Part shown: positions 25,233-39,501 of the stretch, one piece after another
How positions within the stretch are numbered: the stretch's first letter is position 1
Layout: every line of letters starts with the position of its first letter
Source of the DNA: the human T2T-CHM13v2.0 reference genome, Homo sapiens
Assembly (NCBI GenBank): GCA_009914755.4
Contig: CP068257.2
Span: forward strand, 13,184,001 to 13,248,000
Reading direction: 5' to 3'
DNA: 64,000 nt
Notes under the pieces: model-generated
What the model was told of the DNA's origin: nothing
The model's input: the letters and a program-made list of their open reading frames with translations, nothing else
The model's database searches: none
Translations under genes and position numbers: made by a program

Positions 25233-28200
25233 ATAAAGGTCCTTAACATAAAAAAGAGTTACCACTTTAGACATGCCACATGTCCATCACTGGTCAGTGG
25301 CAGGGCTTTTCCTTATATAGTCACTTAAGAACTCAGGTAGACATAGATTCTACTATTTGAAAAGTCACTGGTCACCAGAGCAGGAAGAAGAAAGTATATG
25401 GAGAACTCAGACCCATTCTTCTATACTTCAGTCTAGATGGTAACACATGTCACTTCTGTTCATTATCAGTTGGCCAGAAAGTCATATAATCTTGCAAACT
25501 ACAGAGAGTTGACAAGTGTAACCTCCTATGAGCCTGAAGGGAAAGAAGAACTGGATTTTAATCAGCACTGAATTCGACATTTTAATATCTACCTTAGCCT
25601 CATACTAGGGAGTCCATGAAAATCTTGAGAAAAGGTGGAAAGAAATGTTTCTTACCTGATGGGTCTAGATTCCTCTCTTTCATAGTTCCAGATCTGCTCT
25701 TGTGTGCCAGTGTGTGTTGAAATGACCTGCTCCTTATGTTACCAGAGCCTATGTTGTTAACTACAGAGAATTCTCAGTATCTGAAATTCTTCACATTTAG
25801 ATGTCATGCAAAGAATATTAACTCTTTCTACAGCTCTAGTTATTGCAATGCAATACACAATCAATGAATTTGAAAAATTTGTTTCTCCAAAGTTGCAAAT
25901 ACAAATCATGCTGAGCCTTGCATCTCTTTATTTCTCAGTTTTATTGCTTTCTTTATCATATTTGATGCATACTTCAGAACAGCGGAAAGATATAACCCAC
26001 TTTTTCTTTTCATAGTTGACAGCAAAGTACAGGTAGGGCAAAATCTGAAAACAGCTCCCAACACAGTTGGACACCAACCCTGCTAGAGTACTCTAGAGAG
26101 GATGCTTAACCATGTCATGCAAATTTTTTGTAATTTTTTTGCATATGTACCTTACAATATTCACATTTGGCTGTAATGGCATAGTATATGTAATGAAATG
26201 TGATAGATAAGCAAAATCTTTTTAAATATTTCCATAAAAGAGAGACAATATTAAACTATTAACAACTGACCACTCTATGATACATGGACTCCTAAGACAG
26301 GCCCCATTGATCCCTGCCTCCTATATAATCTCATACCCTTGTGTGATATCTTTCCCTTGAGTATGCCCTGGACTTAATGACTTGTTTCTAATGAATTGAA
26401 TGTAACAAAAGTGATGGGATGTCATTTCAGTCCTTAAGTTGCAAAAGACTGACTTTCCTCTTCCTTGCAGATTCTCTCTCTCTTGCTGTTTTTGATGAAG
26501 CAGGCTGCTATGTAGAAGTGGCCAGGTGGCAAGAAACTGAGGTTAGCCTCTGGCCAACAGTCAGCAGGAAACTGAGGCCCTCTGACCAAGAGCCTGCAAG
26601 GAATTGAATTATGCCAACAACCAAGTGAGTGAGCTTGCAAGTGGATCTTTCCACAGTTGATCCTTAAAATTAGACCTCAGCCCCAGATGTCACAATGATT
26701 GTAGCCTGTGGAAGATCCTAAGCAGAAAACCCAATTAAGTTTTACCTACATTCCCAGCCCACAGAAACTGTGAGATACTCAGTATGCTGTTTTAAGTCAT
26801 TTAGTTTGGGGTAATTTATTACATAGCAGCATATAATTAAGACACTAGACATTTTATTTCTTCGGGATTTTTGTTTTTGTTTTTCTTTATTTTTTATGTT
26901 GTTCCAACATGTTTGCTTTTTCCTCTTCTAATAGGTTCAAGAATAGTGAGAAAAAGGAAAATTAAAGTGTTGGAGTAAATGGTTTTGGCAATAATAAAAT
27001 GTAGATTCAATTTTTTTGATATTTAAGAATGAAATTTTGTAAGAGATATTTATTTTTAAAGGGAGCTGCTCTAGAATCTAGACATTAATATGTCCCCAAA
27101 ATGTGTTTACAGATTTCTCCATTCACACACACAAAATCTAATTTCTACCTTAGTTTACAGAAATCCACCCTTTGTGTAAGGTGAGTTATACCTAACAGAA
27201 GTTTATCACTTTCTTATTAAAGAACTCTATGTCTTTGGTCTCTTCTTCCTAATGAATATCAACATTTGAGGAGAAAGATATATAATCAGGAGGGAAAAGT
27301 GATCTGAAATAAAGACTTGAATATTGTTATTAGATTTAGACTATGTTAAGATGAATTGCTCTCTCATGGAAAGACTCAATAACTTATGCCTAAGAATAAT
27401 ATAATAATCACAACGATAGCCATATTGTTGTTTTGAATTTGGGTAACAGAAGAACATAGATCTTTAAACTATTAGGCATATCTTTTCTGCTCAAAACAAT
27501 TTCTTTACATTTTATCCCTTTAAGTCCTTTAAAGCTTATCACACAGAAAAAATAACAGTCTGGGAGAGGAAGACTAAAGAAATCAACTTTCTTCAGAGCA
27601 CATATAGATTTATTGTAGCCAATTGATGACACTGCAAAACTGGCACAAAGGCAAATACTTAATAAATAAATGAAAATCAGAGTGGATCAGTTCAGTGCTG
27701 TATGTTTTGAACCGGGTCCTCAAAGGCAAGTCATCATCAGAAGAAAGAAAAATGCATTTAAGGAGCGTTAATTATTGTCTATCTCCAAGACCAAAATAAA
27801 AAAAGCTTAAAACTTTTAGACTGTTAAAAATCTACTATACTAGGATATTAAAGTATTTTAAAGAAAATGAGATTTATGCTTAATAAAAAAATTCCCATTA
27901 AACAGCAAACTATTAGAAGAGAAAATCATTCTGAATCTCTACACTTCTCAATCCAAATACAATGCCATGAGCTATAATTCAGTAAAAAGCTCTATATTTT
28001 GGATCCTGAAGCTTGACTCATAATTGAAAGGAAACCCTCCTAATTCATGATTGCTTGTCTCACGTACATTACAGAGTAACCTTTACTGTAGTTTCAAAGT
28101 TTAAGATTTTATTTACAGTAGTTTTTGCGAGGTCGTCAATTGACACAATGTAGTTGCTATTTGTGAAAGACAACAATTTGAACTGCAACTTGAAATCAAT

Positions 28201-30339
28201 TGGAAACCAGTCCAGTCTCTAGAGGACACTTGCAATATGCTTCACGGGGCTAACCCCATTAAGCATCAAATGCAGCTACAAACTCAGCACACTAAATGAA
28301 GCTTTTCTATTGCACAAGAGAATAACTTCACATGAATGACAATTTCTGTAATGCTTAGGCTTGACAAAATCTTTAACCTTAAGTGTAATACTAATCAAAA
28401 TAATTCCAGGAAATATTGTTTACACATTATCATCTGGAACTAGCTGGTAAGGATTGAGAAGTTTGTCAATAATTAGGTGCTCTGACTTTTATATAACTTA
28501 TAAGTAGAGTTGTCAACTCTAAAATCTGGGGAGTTTGGTAGCTCTGTTAAGTTGGGGAAAATGTAGATCCCCAGCCTCAGTATTCTCATCTCTAATATGG
28601 GAATTCTGGAACAAATGATCCTGTATCGATACACTATTGCTGTACAACAAATTAAGCTTAATGGATGAAGATAACCACTTATTATTTTGTTTCAACTCAG
28701 GGACTGGCTCAGCAGCTCTGCTGCTCTGGGCCATGCTCACCTGCTCTCAGCTGGGCTCACTCATGCATCTGCTATCAGCTGGCTGGTTAACTGTAGTTAG
28801 TTTATCTTGATGGCATCATTGGGGAAACTCAGCTCTCTTTCACTGGACTTCTCTTATATTTCTCCAGCAAACTGGAAAGGGTGTGTTCTCGTGGCAGGGG
28901 CAGGAGTCTACAAAAGAAAGCAGAAATGCAGAAACACATTTCAGGCTTCTGCTTGCATCAGTTCCACTAAAATCCCATTGTTCTCGTCATGTAGCCAACT
29001 TAGAATAAGAATGGGGAGGTCACTACCAAAGGGCATGAAATAGAAAGGCATGAGGCATGGAAAATTAGATCCATTAGTATAATCACCTTACAATAATCTT
29101 AAAGTTGCTTTTCTGCAGATAATTGTTTGAGTATAGGTTTTTTAAAAGAGGCATCCAACACAAAATACTGGAAAATATACTGTGAGTGAGGAGGGAATAT
29201 AAGAGAAAGAAAATCAACTACCTCTTCTCTGCCAATAAGTCTTTGTGTAATTAGATATGAAAGGCCCACACTTGAAAAAAGATCAGATATATTTTAATTA
29301 AAAGTGAGTACCTTACAACTGACTGATCTACTTTTCATGCATTTTTCTCTTAACATTTTTCTGTCAAAGTTTTTCAAAATATAATAACCAAGCAAGGAAA
29401 ATACAACAGATAACTATGTTTGATGAATGCCTGATTACATACATTCATTTTCACTTCTCATTCTCATTCGAGTAAGAGCAAAAGAAACATGAATGGGGAG
29501 AAAAGGGGAGTAATATAGTATTTTTAAAAAGAAAGAATATTAGGGGTTTTATTTTTACACATTTCCTTTAATGCCCATCAGAGACCCATTATAATATCGA
29601 AGGGCATCTTTTGTTCGGTGTAGTTGTACTGATAGATAATGAGGAGTAATCTGAACCAAGTACATTGCACTGTGATGTCATACCCAGGAACTGTTTTATA
29701 AACCACTACTAGATAAAAGACCTCTTCCCTTATTGACTTCTTCTTTTAGGACTCTAGAGGAACCCTATTAAATTTCATCTTCAAATTCTGCCCATAGACA
29801 GTCTTAAAATTCAAGGTTATAAGTCATATTCTTGACCACTGGTTAAATCACCCAGTAATAAAAATGCATTTCTTCCCTGTTTTGAAGGATAACCCTGAGA
29901 ACTAAGGTATGGTAAAGGACAAAGCTATGTAAGCACATATAAATCACAGTTATGTTTTTGCAGTAGGTCATGATATTTCTGCCTCCAACCCCTCTCTTCT
30001 TTTCCTCTGAGGTAGATTCTAAAACTTTGAACGAACACACTTACAGTGATGTTTATACATTTATACTTTACAAATCATTTAAAGTAATACAGTATTCAAC
30101 TCTATAATTCTAATTTTCTAATAATTCCTCAATTGAGTTAAAAGCTATGACCAATTTGACTAATGCATGAAAAATTAACTGACTTATCAGAGGTCACATC
30201 AATCAACCACTCTGCCAAGACAAGAAATCTCATAGTTTGGCTGTTGAAGCATTTATTTAACTAATATCCCTAGAGGAGTCAAGCTATAGCAGACCTTTAC
30301 ATATTCAAAATGTCTTGAAGGCTCATCTTTTAAAAGTTG

Positions 30340-30695
30340 TCTTAGTCTGTATGGGCTGCTATAACAAAATGTCATAAATGGGGTAGCTTATGAGCAACAG
30401 AAATTTATTTCTCATAGTTCTGAAGGCTGGGAAATCCAAGATCAAGGCACTGACAGATTTGTTGTCTAGTGTAGGCCCACTTTCTGGCTCATCAATGACA
30501 TCTTGCTATGCAGTCACACGGTGGATGGGGTAAGAAATCTCTCTCTGGCATCTTCTGGAAGAACTCTAATCCCATTTGTGAGGGTTCCTCCCCCAAGACC
30601 TAATCATTTCCCAAAGGCCCCACCTTCTAATACAATCACCTTGGGGGTGAGGATTTCAACATATTTGGACATAAATGTCAGACCATAACAAAAAT
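30340..30695 (+). mobile_element. Old LTR-like repeat (same family as 4436 and 53010)
   Basis: gggctgctataacaaaatgtcataaatggggtagcttatgagcaacagaaatttatttctcatagttctgaaggctgggaaatccaagatcaaggcac...caatcaccttgggggtgaggatttcaacatatttgg. Confidence 0.55.
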
Positions 30696-30941
30696 CATTT
30701 TATATTCTATGTCATAACGTGACCCTGTTAAGATAGCATAAAGGCATTTGGAATTTCTAATCTTTTATTCCCAGTCCACATGTAAACTGGCACAAGAGGA
30801 ATAAGCTGTAGGCTCATCCTGTGGTTTCAATAACCCATATCCCACTGCCATTTGTTCCAGCTTGGGAAACATGACCCTAAGCCAGTCTGTGCTGCACTGT
30901 TTGTATTATTCCAACAATCAAAGTTTCATTTTTTCTATATT

Positions 30942-33242
30942 TGTATCAGTCCATTTTCACACTGCTGATAAGGACATACCAGAGACTGGGAAGAAAAAGA
31001 GGATTAATTGGACTTACAGTTCCACATGGCTGGGAAGGCCTCAGAATCATGGTGGAAGGTGAAAGGAACCTCTTACACGGTGGTGGCAAGAGAAAATGTG
31101 AAGGAAGCAAAAGTGGAAACCCCCGATAAACCCGTCAGATCTCGTGAAACTCACTCACTATCACAAGAATAGCACAGGAAAGACCAGCCCCCATGATTCA
31201 ATTACCTCCCTGTGGGTCCCTCCCACAACACGTGGGAATTCTGGGAGATATAATTCAAGTTGAGATTTGGGTGGGGACACAGGCAGACCATATCATTCTG
31301 TATCATTCTGCCCCTGGCCCCTCCAAATCTCACGTCCTCACATCTCAAAACGAATCATGCCTTCCCAGCAGTCCCCCAAAGTCTTAACTCATTTCAGCAT
31401 TAACCCAGAAGTCCACAGTCCAAAGTCTCATCTGAGACAAGCAAATCCCTTCCATCTATGAGCCTGTAAAATCAAAAGCAAGCTAGTTACTTCCTAGATA
31501 CAATGGGGGTACAGGTATTGGGTAAATACAGCAATTCCAAGTGAGAGAAATTGGCCAGAACAAAGGGGTTACAGGGCCCCTGCTAGTCCAAAATCCAGCA
31601 GGGTAGTCAGATTTTAAAGCTTAAAAGTTACTTTTTTTGACTCCTGATCTCACATCCAGGTCATGCTGATGCAAGGGGTGGATTCCCATGGTGTTGGGCA
31701 GCTCTGCTCCTGTGTCTTTGCAGGGTACAGCCCCCCCTCCCAGCTGTTTTCATGGGCTGGTGTTTAGAGTTTGTTGCTTTTCTAGGCACATGGTGCAAGC
31801 CATCAGTAAATCTACCATTCTGGGGTCTGAAGGATGGTGGTCCTTTTCCCAGAGTTCCACTGGGCTGTGCCCTAGTAGGGACTCGGTGTGGGGGCTCCTA
31901 CCCCACATTTTCCTTCCACACTGCTCTAGCAGAGGTTCTCCATGAGGGCCCCACTCCTGCAGCAAACTTTTGCCTGGGCATCCAGGCATTTCCATACATC
32001 TTCTGAAATCTAGGTGAGGGTTCCTAAACCTCAATTTTTAACTTCTGTGCACGTGCAGGCTCAACACCACATGGAAGCTGCCAAGGCTTGGGGCTTCCAA
32101 CCACTGAAGCCACAGCCCGAGCTCTACATTGGCTCCTTTTCAACCATGGCTGGAGCAGTAGGAAAACAGGACACCAAGTCCCCAGGTTGCACACCTCATG
32201 GGCACCCTAGGCCTGGCCTGGCCTACAGAATCACTTTTTCCTCCTAGGCCTCTGGGCCTGTGATGAGAGGGACTGCCATGAAGGTCTCCGACATGACCTG
32301 GAGACATTTTCCTCATTATCTTGGGGATTAACATTAGGCTCCTGGCTCCTTATGCACATTTCTGCAGCTGGATTGAATTTCTCCCCAGAAAATGGGTTTT
32401 TCTTTTCTATCACATTGTCAGGCTGCAAATTTTCTGAACATTTATGCTCTACTTCCCTTATAAAACTGAATACCTTTAACAGTACCCAAGTCACCTCTTG
32501 AATGCTTTGCTGCTTAGAAATTTCTTCCATCAGATACCCTAAATCATCGTTCTTGAGTTTAAAGTTCCACAAATCCCTAGGGGAGGGGCAAAATGCCACC
32601 AGTCTGTTTGCTAAAACATAACAAGAGTCACCTTTGCTTCAGTTCCCAACAACTTCCTCATCTCCTCCTCTGAGACAGCCTCAGCCTGGACCTTATTGTC
32701 AATATCTCTATCAAGCTTTTGTTCAAAGCCATTCAACAAGTCTCTAGGAAGTTCCAAACTTTCCCACATTTTCCTGTCTTCTTCTGAGCCCTCCAAACTG
32801 TTTCAACCTCTGCCTGTTACCCAGTTCCAAAGTTGCTTCCACATTTTTGGGTATCTTCTCAGCAGTACCCCACTCTCAGTACCAATTTACTGTATTAGTC
32901 CATTTTCACACTGCTGATAAAGACATACCCAAGACTGGTAAGAAAAGGAGGTTTAATTGAATTTACAACTCCATGTGGCCGGGGAGGCCTCAGAATCATG
33001 GCAGGAGGTGAAATGCACTTCTTACATGGCAGCAGCAAGAGAAAATGAGGAAGAAGCAAAAGTGGAAACCCCTGATAAACCCATCAGATCTCGTGAGGCT
33101 TATTCACTATCATGGATAGCACGGGAAAGACCAGCTCCCATGATTCAATTACCGTCCCCTGGGTCCCTCCCACAACATGTGGGAATTCTGGGAGATACAA
33201 TTCAAGTTGAGATTTGAATGGGGACACAGCCAAACCATATCA
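30942..33242 (-). mobile_element. Near full-length ERVL-MaLR element (THE1/MST-like). Coordinates are + strand: 3' LTR 30942-31294, internal 31295-32890, 5' LTR 32891-33242
   Basis: Two same-orientation LTRs, both beginning tgtat[c/t]agtccattttcacactgctgataa[g/a]gacatacc and ending ...ccatatca, flank 1.6 kb of MaLR internal sequence. Total 2.3 kb, the canonical THE1 size. Confidence 0.8.
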
Positions 33243-36200
33243 ATGTTAAAACAAAATCCTAACATAATTTTTTGTCTTACATATTGAACTTGGAATTCCT
33301 GGCTTTTTATTTACTTGGAACTTCAAAAATTGTTATAGATATACCACTTTTTTTTTTCTGTCAGGACCTAATTCTTATTTTAAAAAGTTACATGATGTCA
33401 GTTTCAATTTCTCTTGAGATTTCACTTGGATAACACAGACTATCACAATTTTGCCTTTAATTCACTCTCTGGTGAATTGCTCTGCTCTATCATTAAGGTT
33501 TTGAGCCTACCTTTATAAAATGGGCACAAAAAGGAAGTAAAAATTATGGTTCTTACATTCACTTCTTATGCATGTAAGAAAGGATAGAAAGATAATTTGG
33601 AGCTATATTACAAAATGAGTCAGAATCTGCCTACTAGTTCTGGAGGTCTTTCACAAACTCTCAAATTCTTGGTAAAACACAGCACTCTTTTAAAATGTCA
33701 TGTTACATGGCCATTCACTGCCTATTATACTACTACACTCAAGCCCATGATTTCAGAAAGTCCCTGTCAAAAGGAGGTTCAGAGTGCAACTAGATTTTTA
33801 TAACTACCATTTAAATCATCAATATAGAATATGCTTCTTTGCTCTTAATTTACTTTTCATTTCTATTTGGTGGGGAGTTCATCATTAAAATCCTCCCTGG
33901 AAGGTTTGCAAAGATAGAACTTTGGTTGAGGATGGAGGCAGAGGCAGCACTGGCCAATCCAGACTGCAGGGATCACTTTACAGGTCTTGAGAAAAAATAG
34001 TGGTAGGAAGGGAAGTAAGCAGGAGAGAGGAATTAACTAAAGAGAAGTAAAACGTGTCTTGTTTAAACTAGTGGAAGCAATGAAAATTTAGCAGCCATTG
34101 TTTGTCTCTTTATTCCTTATTTATAAAACTAAAGAGTAAACTATATTTTTAGGTTAGGTTTTAATTTATGGGAAAGGGAAAGAAACCTAAAAGAAGCCCC
34201 CTGCTGGCCACTCTAATTTCTGCCCTATTTGCTCCTTAAAAAAAAATAAAAATAAAAATATCCTTACCTTTCCTATATTTTCCTACATTTAAGACATAAT
34301 TTAACCTTTTATTGTTAACTGAGATTTATCATTGTTATAAATGCAATATACAAATATAAATCCCTAAAGGCATTTCAGTAATTTGTCTTTTATGACAAGA
34401 AGAAAATCATCCTTTGAAAGATATGTATCTTGTTTTAAATTTGCATTTAAAAGTCTATCACTAGTAGATTAGTTTTGTTATTTTGCTCTTAATCTGAGCA
34501 CAAAATAAGTTTGTTTTGATTATCTCAAACTCTGGGAGGTCTTTAAAATTAAATAACAAATCCGAGTTTTATTCAAAATTATTTACAACAGTCTTTTGTC
34601 TTATTCTAGAAAATTAAGGGGACTACACATAGCAAAAATCCCGAGGCTGTGTTTGTTTCACGCTGTTACTTGAATCTATGATGAAATCATTTCCTAGGCT
34701 TATTCTTTAGAAAATAAAACTCCTTAGGGCAGACTGACCCGAGTTGCACAGGAATGTAAATAAAAATGATTATTTCTCTCTTTACATAAGACAAATATTT
34801 TACTACATTGTGTACTATAATAATCTTTCTCATGGCCAACACAGAAATATTAGCATCTACCAAATATGGTTAAATCCTCAAAGCCTACTTATAAAGCAAA
34901 AGCAGCACTGGAAATTGACATCACTTACATTTAGTCACATTTTCAAAAGAGCATGATTAATGAAACAGAAGTGTTCTCATGGAGCGTGTGCACCATGTGC
35001 TAGTGACAGTTATATCAGAACGAACTACATGTAGCATTTATCTTCCTTTTGCTCTGGTATCTCCCGAGTGAAACGCTTGGGTGTGTATGAAAAGCATAGG
35101 GAGAATGACAACTCATTTGGTATTGACTTGGCCTTTGTCCCAGCTCTCTCTTACATCATCAACCCCTTCCTCATCTCTGCTGTCACTGACTTTGAGAAAG
35201 CACATGGTTCAGCCATTTGACATCCTCTCTGTAAGACCAGGGATGAGTCTGCTATGCGTAGCTCTGTTTATTAAAACCTCAATTTTAAGAAGGTTACCAT
35301 TCTACATAAAACCCTTGACCTCTCAGAGTTAGTGGTATGAGCCTAAAAGTTGCCAGGACATGCTAAACTTTTCCTGAGAAAGAGTCCAGTCAACAATTTT
35401 ATGACAATCCTTCTGACCTGAGCTTTGCTTAATACCATCAAATAAGTCACAGGACAGTCAGGAGATTGGAAATGTATCACTTGATGAGGTTTTTCAGATT
35501 GATAACACGAGGGTAAGCAACTGTGTCATCCAGGAGGCTCCAAAGTCCAGGGTCCATTCAGGGCCAACTACAGCAGTGCCCCTTCCTAAGTCCAGGCCAT
35601 TCACACCAACCGAAGCCCAGCAGGGGGCAGCTTCCCAAAGCTAAATCTAAAAAGACCATAGCCAGCCCAGCTGAAAGTCCCAGGAAAAGGCAATGTTGCC
35701 TAACAGTCATGAGACAGCTGGAAAAGTCCCTGCACCTGACACACACTGTTACAGACAGTGCTGCCTCATAGACGTGTAGAAGGCACATCAGGGAGAGTGT
35801 CGGGGTCAGGCCAGAAACTTCACATTAAATCAGGGAGGATTTGTTTGGGGCTCACATTTAGACAGAGAACAAAGACTTCTCTGTCATTTTTGTAGTTTTG
35901 TTCATTTGTATTTGAAAATAGCAGTTCTCTCTCTGGCCTGACTGCATCCCTTTGATGGTAACTGAAGCTTTCCATTGCAGCGGTGCTCCTGACGGGGGCG
36001 ACATTGAACCTGCTCAGGGCTCAGGGCTCCTCTTCCCGGCTCTGTGGCCTCCCCGAACATGAGTAACACTATGGCCTGCAAAGATAGGACTTAATTGTCC
36101 TTAAAAGGAAAAATGCCTGCATGACCAGAGTTGGACCAAGCCAGAACAGGAGCCCCTGAGAAGTGCTAGGTACGTTTTTAACAGTTCCTGTTTACTTTCC

Positions 36201-37394
36201 ATAGGAGATTATGAGAAGAACACAAGAGCACATTTATAAGTAGTTTTCATGATTCATGTTATCACTGAAACCAGATGCTATTCTGAATCAAACAACCCTG
36301 AAGTGATGTGCAATTCTAATATCTGCTTAATTAATCAAAATATTCATTAATACGTAAGAAAACACATTCTGTTTGTGTTTTAGAGTACACATTTATCACA
36401 TGCTCATAAATACTTAAATACAGGAGGTATGCTTGGCAGATAAATTATTAACTTTTCAGAGATCTGCAGATTTTAGAAAGTTTTGGGGGGAAATTAAATT
36501 TTAATAAAACAGCATTTTACTTAATTACAGAAAAATCAAATAAAATTATTTTCTAGATTCTGAAAGAAAAACAAATAGATTATAAACTGTAAATGCCCTT
36601 TGTCTTATGATAACCTTGCTAGCTTTAGTAATTGTATAATATTATGAACCTTGGGAAACAGTGCAAAGCATCAAAAATCTTATATTTACATATATATTGA
36701 CTCTAATAAACCTATATCTGTATTAGTGTTTAATATTGATTAAAATTGCTTATAAGTTTATATTAATAGGAAATACATCCTGATTTAGTAGGATTTTAAT
36801 AACTACAATCATGTATTGCTTAACGATGGGAATATGTTCTGATAAATGCATCAGTAGGCAATTTCATCATGTGAACATCAATATCATGGTGTACTTACAC
36901 AAACCTAGATGGTATAGCCTACTGCTTCTAAACTACATACCTGTACAGCATGTTACTGTATGTAGATGACTGTAACACAATGGAAAGTATTTATGCATCT
37001 CAACATAGAAAAGATACGGTAAAAATATGGTATTATAATCTTATGGAACCATCATCATATATGCAGTCTATTCACTAAAATGTCATTTTGCGTGATAAGG
37101 GCATTTACTCCAATATTGCTTTATTAGATTGGCATCCTTGCTGACTCAAGACCCTTTCCTTATGTACTGATGACCACCTATTGATTCTCAGAAAGTCTTA
37201 TATTCTCACTCTTGTGCCACCCTCAGTTATTTCCCTCTGCCTTTCACAGCTAACTGTCCACTTCACACCACTAATCAACTGCTGTGAACTTGGCTTTTAC
37301 CTTGATCTCAGCTCTTCCAAAAGTCACCAATCATTTCCTAAATGCAAAATATAATGACCTTTTCCCTGTGTCCATCATACTTTGTATAACATTT

Positions 37395-37858
37395 GATATT
37401 GTAATGAGTTGAATTGAGTCCCTCTCGAAAAAGACAAGTTGAAATCCTAACCTTCAGTATCTCAGAATGTGACCTTATTTGGACACAGAGTTGTGGCAGA
37501 TGTAATTAGTGATGAAATGAGGTCATACTGGAGCAGAGTTAGCCCCTGATCCAATATTACTGGCATCCTTCTAAGAAGATGGCCATCTGAAAACATATAC
37601 ACAGAGAGGACACACTGTGACAATGAAGGCAGAGATTGGAATTAGGAAGTTGCAAGCCAAGGAGCATCACAGATTGCCAGGAAACCACCAGAGGTTAAGA
37701 AGGGGGCAAGGAAGAATCTCTCAGAAACGTAAGAGAGACTGTGGCCCTGGTGATGCCTTGATTTCAGACTTCTAGCCTCCAGAACTGTGATGTGATCAAT
37801 TTCTTTGATTTTAGGCAGTTTATGGTGCTTCATTATGGCAGCCCTAGGAAACTGATAG
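37395..37858 (+). mobile_element. MLT1/MST-type MaLR LTR
   Basis: cagaatgtgaccttatttggacacagagttgtggcagatgtaattagt...cagacttctagcctccagaactgtgatgtgatcaatttctttgattttaggcagtttatggtgcttcattatggcagccctaggaaactgatag. Confidence 0.7.
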
Positions 37859-38007
37859 TTACTACTGACCAAGGCTTTATTCTGCACTTACCACAATTTT
37901 TTAAATGCTCTTGTCCACAGGGTTCCATACACCATATTTTTCCAGAAGCCTGGCTACAGATTTCATAGGATCACAGGATTCTTTACTGCCTCTCATCTCC
38001 TATTTCC

Positions 38008-38303
38008 TTTTTTTTTTTCAACAGGATTTAACTCTGTGTTGCCCAGGCTGGAGTGCAGTGGCACAGTTATAGGTTCACTGCAGCCTCTCCATCTCCTGGG
38101 CTCAAGTGATCATTTTCCCTCAGGTGCCCAAGAAGCTAGAACTACAGGCGTGCATCACCACACCCAGCTAATTTTTATTTTTTCATACAGATAAGGTCTC
38201 GCTTTGTTGCCCAGGCTTGTCTCTAACTCCTGGCCTCAAGGGATCATCCTGCCTCAGCCTACCAAAGTGTTGGAGATACAGGCATGCACCAGCATGCCCA
38301 GCC
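38008..38303 (-). mobile_element. Alu (antisense, older subfamily)
   Basis: Poly-T, then ...tgttgcccaggctggagtgcagtggcacag...cctcagcctaccaaagtgttggagatacaggcatgcaccagcatgcccagcc. Confidence 0.9.
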
Positions 38304-39195
38304 TGATATTCCTTGAAATACCTCAAGCCATCCTGTAGTATCAACTACCACAAATATGTGAGGGCTGCTCCAGTTCATATCTACATCTTGAACCTCTCTA
38401 AGTCTCCATGGGTCAACCTCCTGTGTTTTCCTGCAGCACACCAAAGTGTGCTCAAAAAAGCAAATGAAAAAGAATACAAAACAGTTGATACTCACTTGCA
38501 AAATAAAACCAGATGCAGCTTTCTTTACAAATTGAGAAAGATGTTTTTTAAGCATAATGACTAGTGTTGGCAAATGAACTTGTCCCTCTCAAATATCATG
38601 TGAGACTTTGGTTTGATACAATTTTACTGGAGAGTTATTTAGCAATGTGAATCAAGTATTTAAGAATTGTTAATTCCTTTTGACCTAGTAATTTTACTCC
38701 TTAGGAATTATCCCAAGAAAATAATCAGACCTGCACCAAAGATTTATATATGGATACATATACAAAGCACATATTTGCATATAAGGACTACACCCACAGA
38801 TCCATAACCGTAAAGGCTCAAAGTTACTGACTGTTGGCTTTTAAACTTTTAAACTTTTAAACACAGATACATATCTCTGAGTCTAGTCTTTATATGCAAA
38901 TATATATGTTTTATATATGTATATTTTTTGAATCATTTTATGTGGTTTATATTTATTCAATTTTTATATGCTTGGTTTAGAAGCATATAAAATGTTCACT
39001 TTTCAGAAAACATTAGGAATTGGTTATATTTTAGAAAGAAACGTAGAATATCACATTTCAATTTGGACTAGCACTTTTCAAGCGGCTGGTAACCACATGT
39101 GGATAGTGGCTATCCTATCAGCATAGAGCTACACGAAGGGCATATGACTGCTTATTTTACTATGCTTGCAATTTCTGTAGCTTTGATTTTTTTTA

Positions 39196-39501
<306 letters not shown>

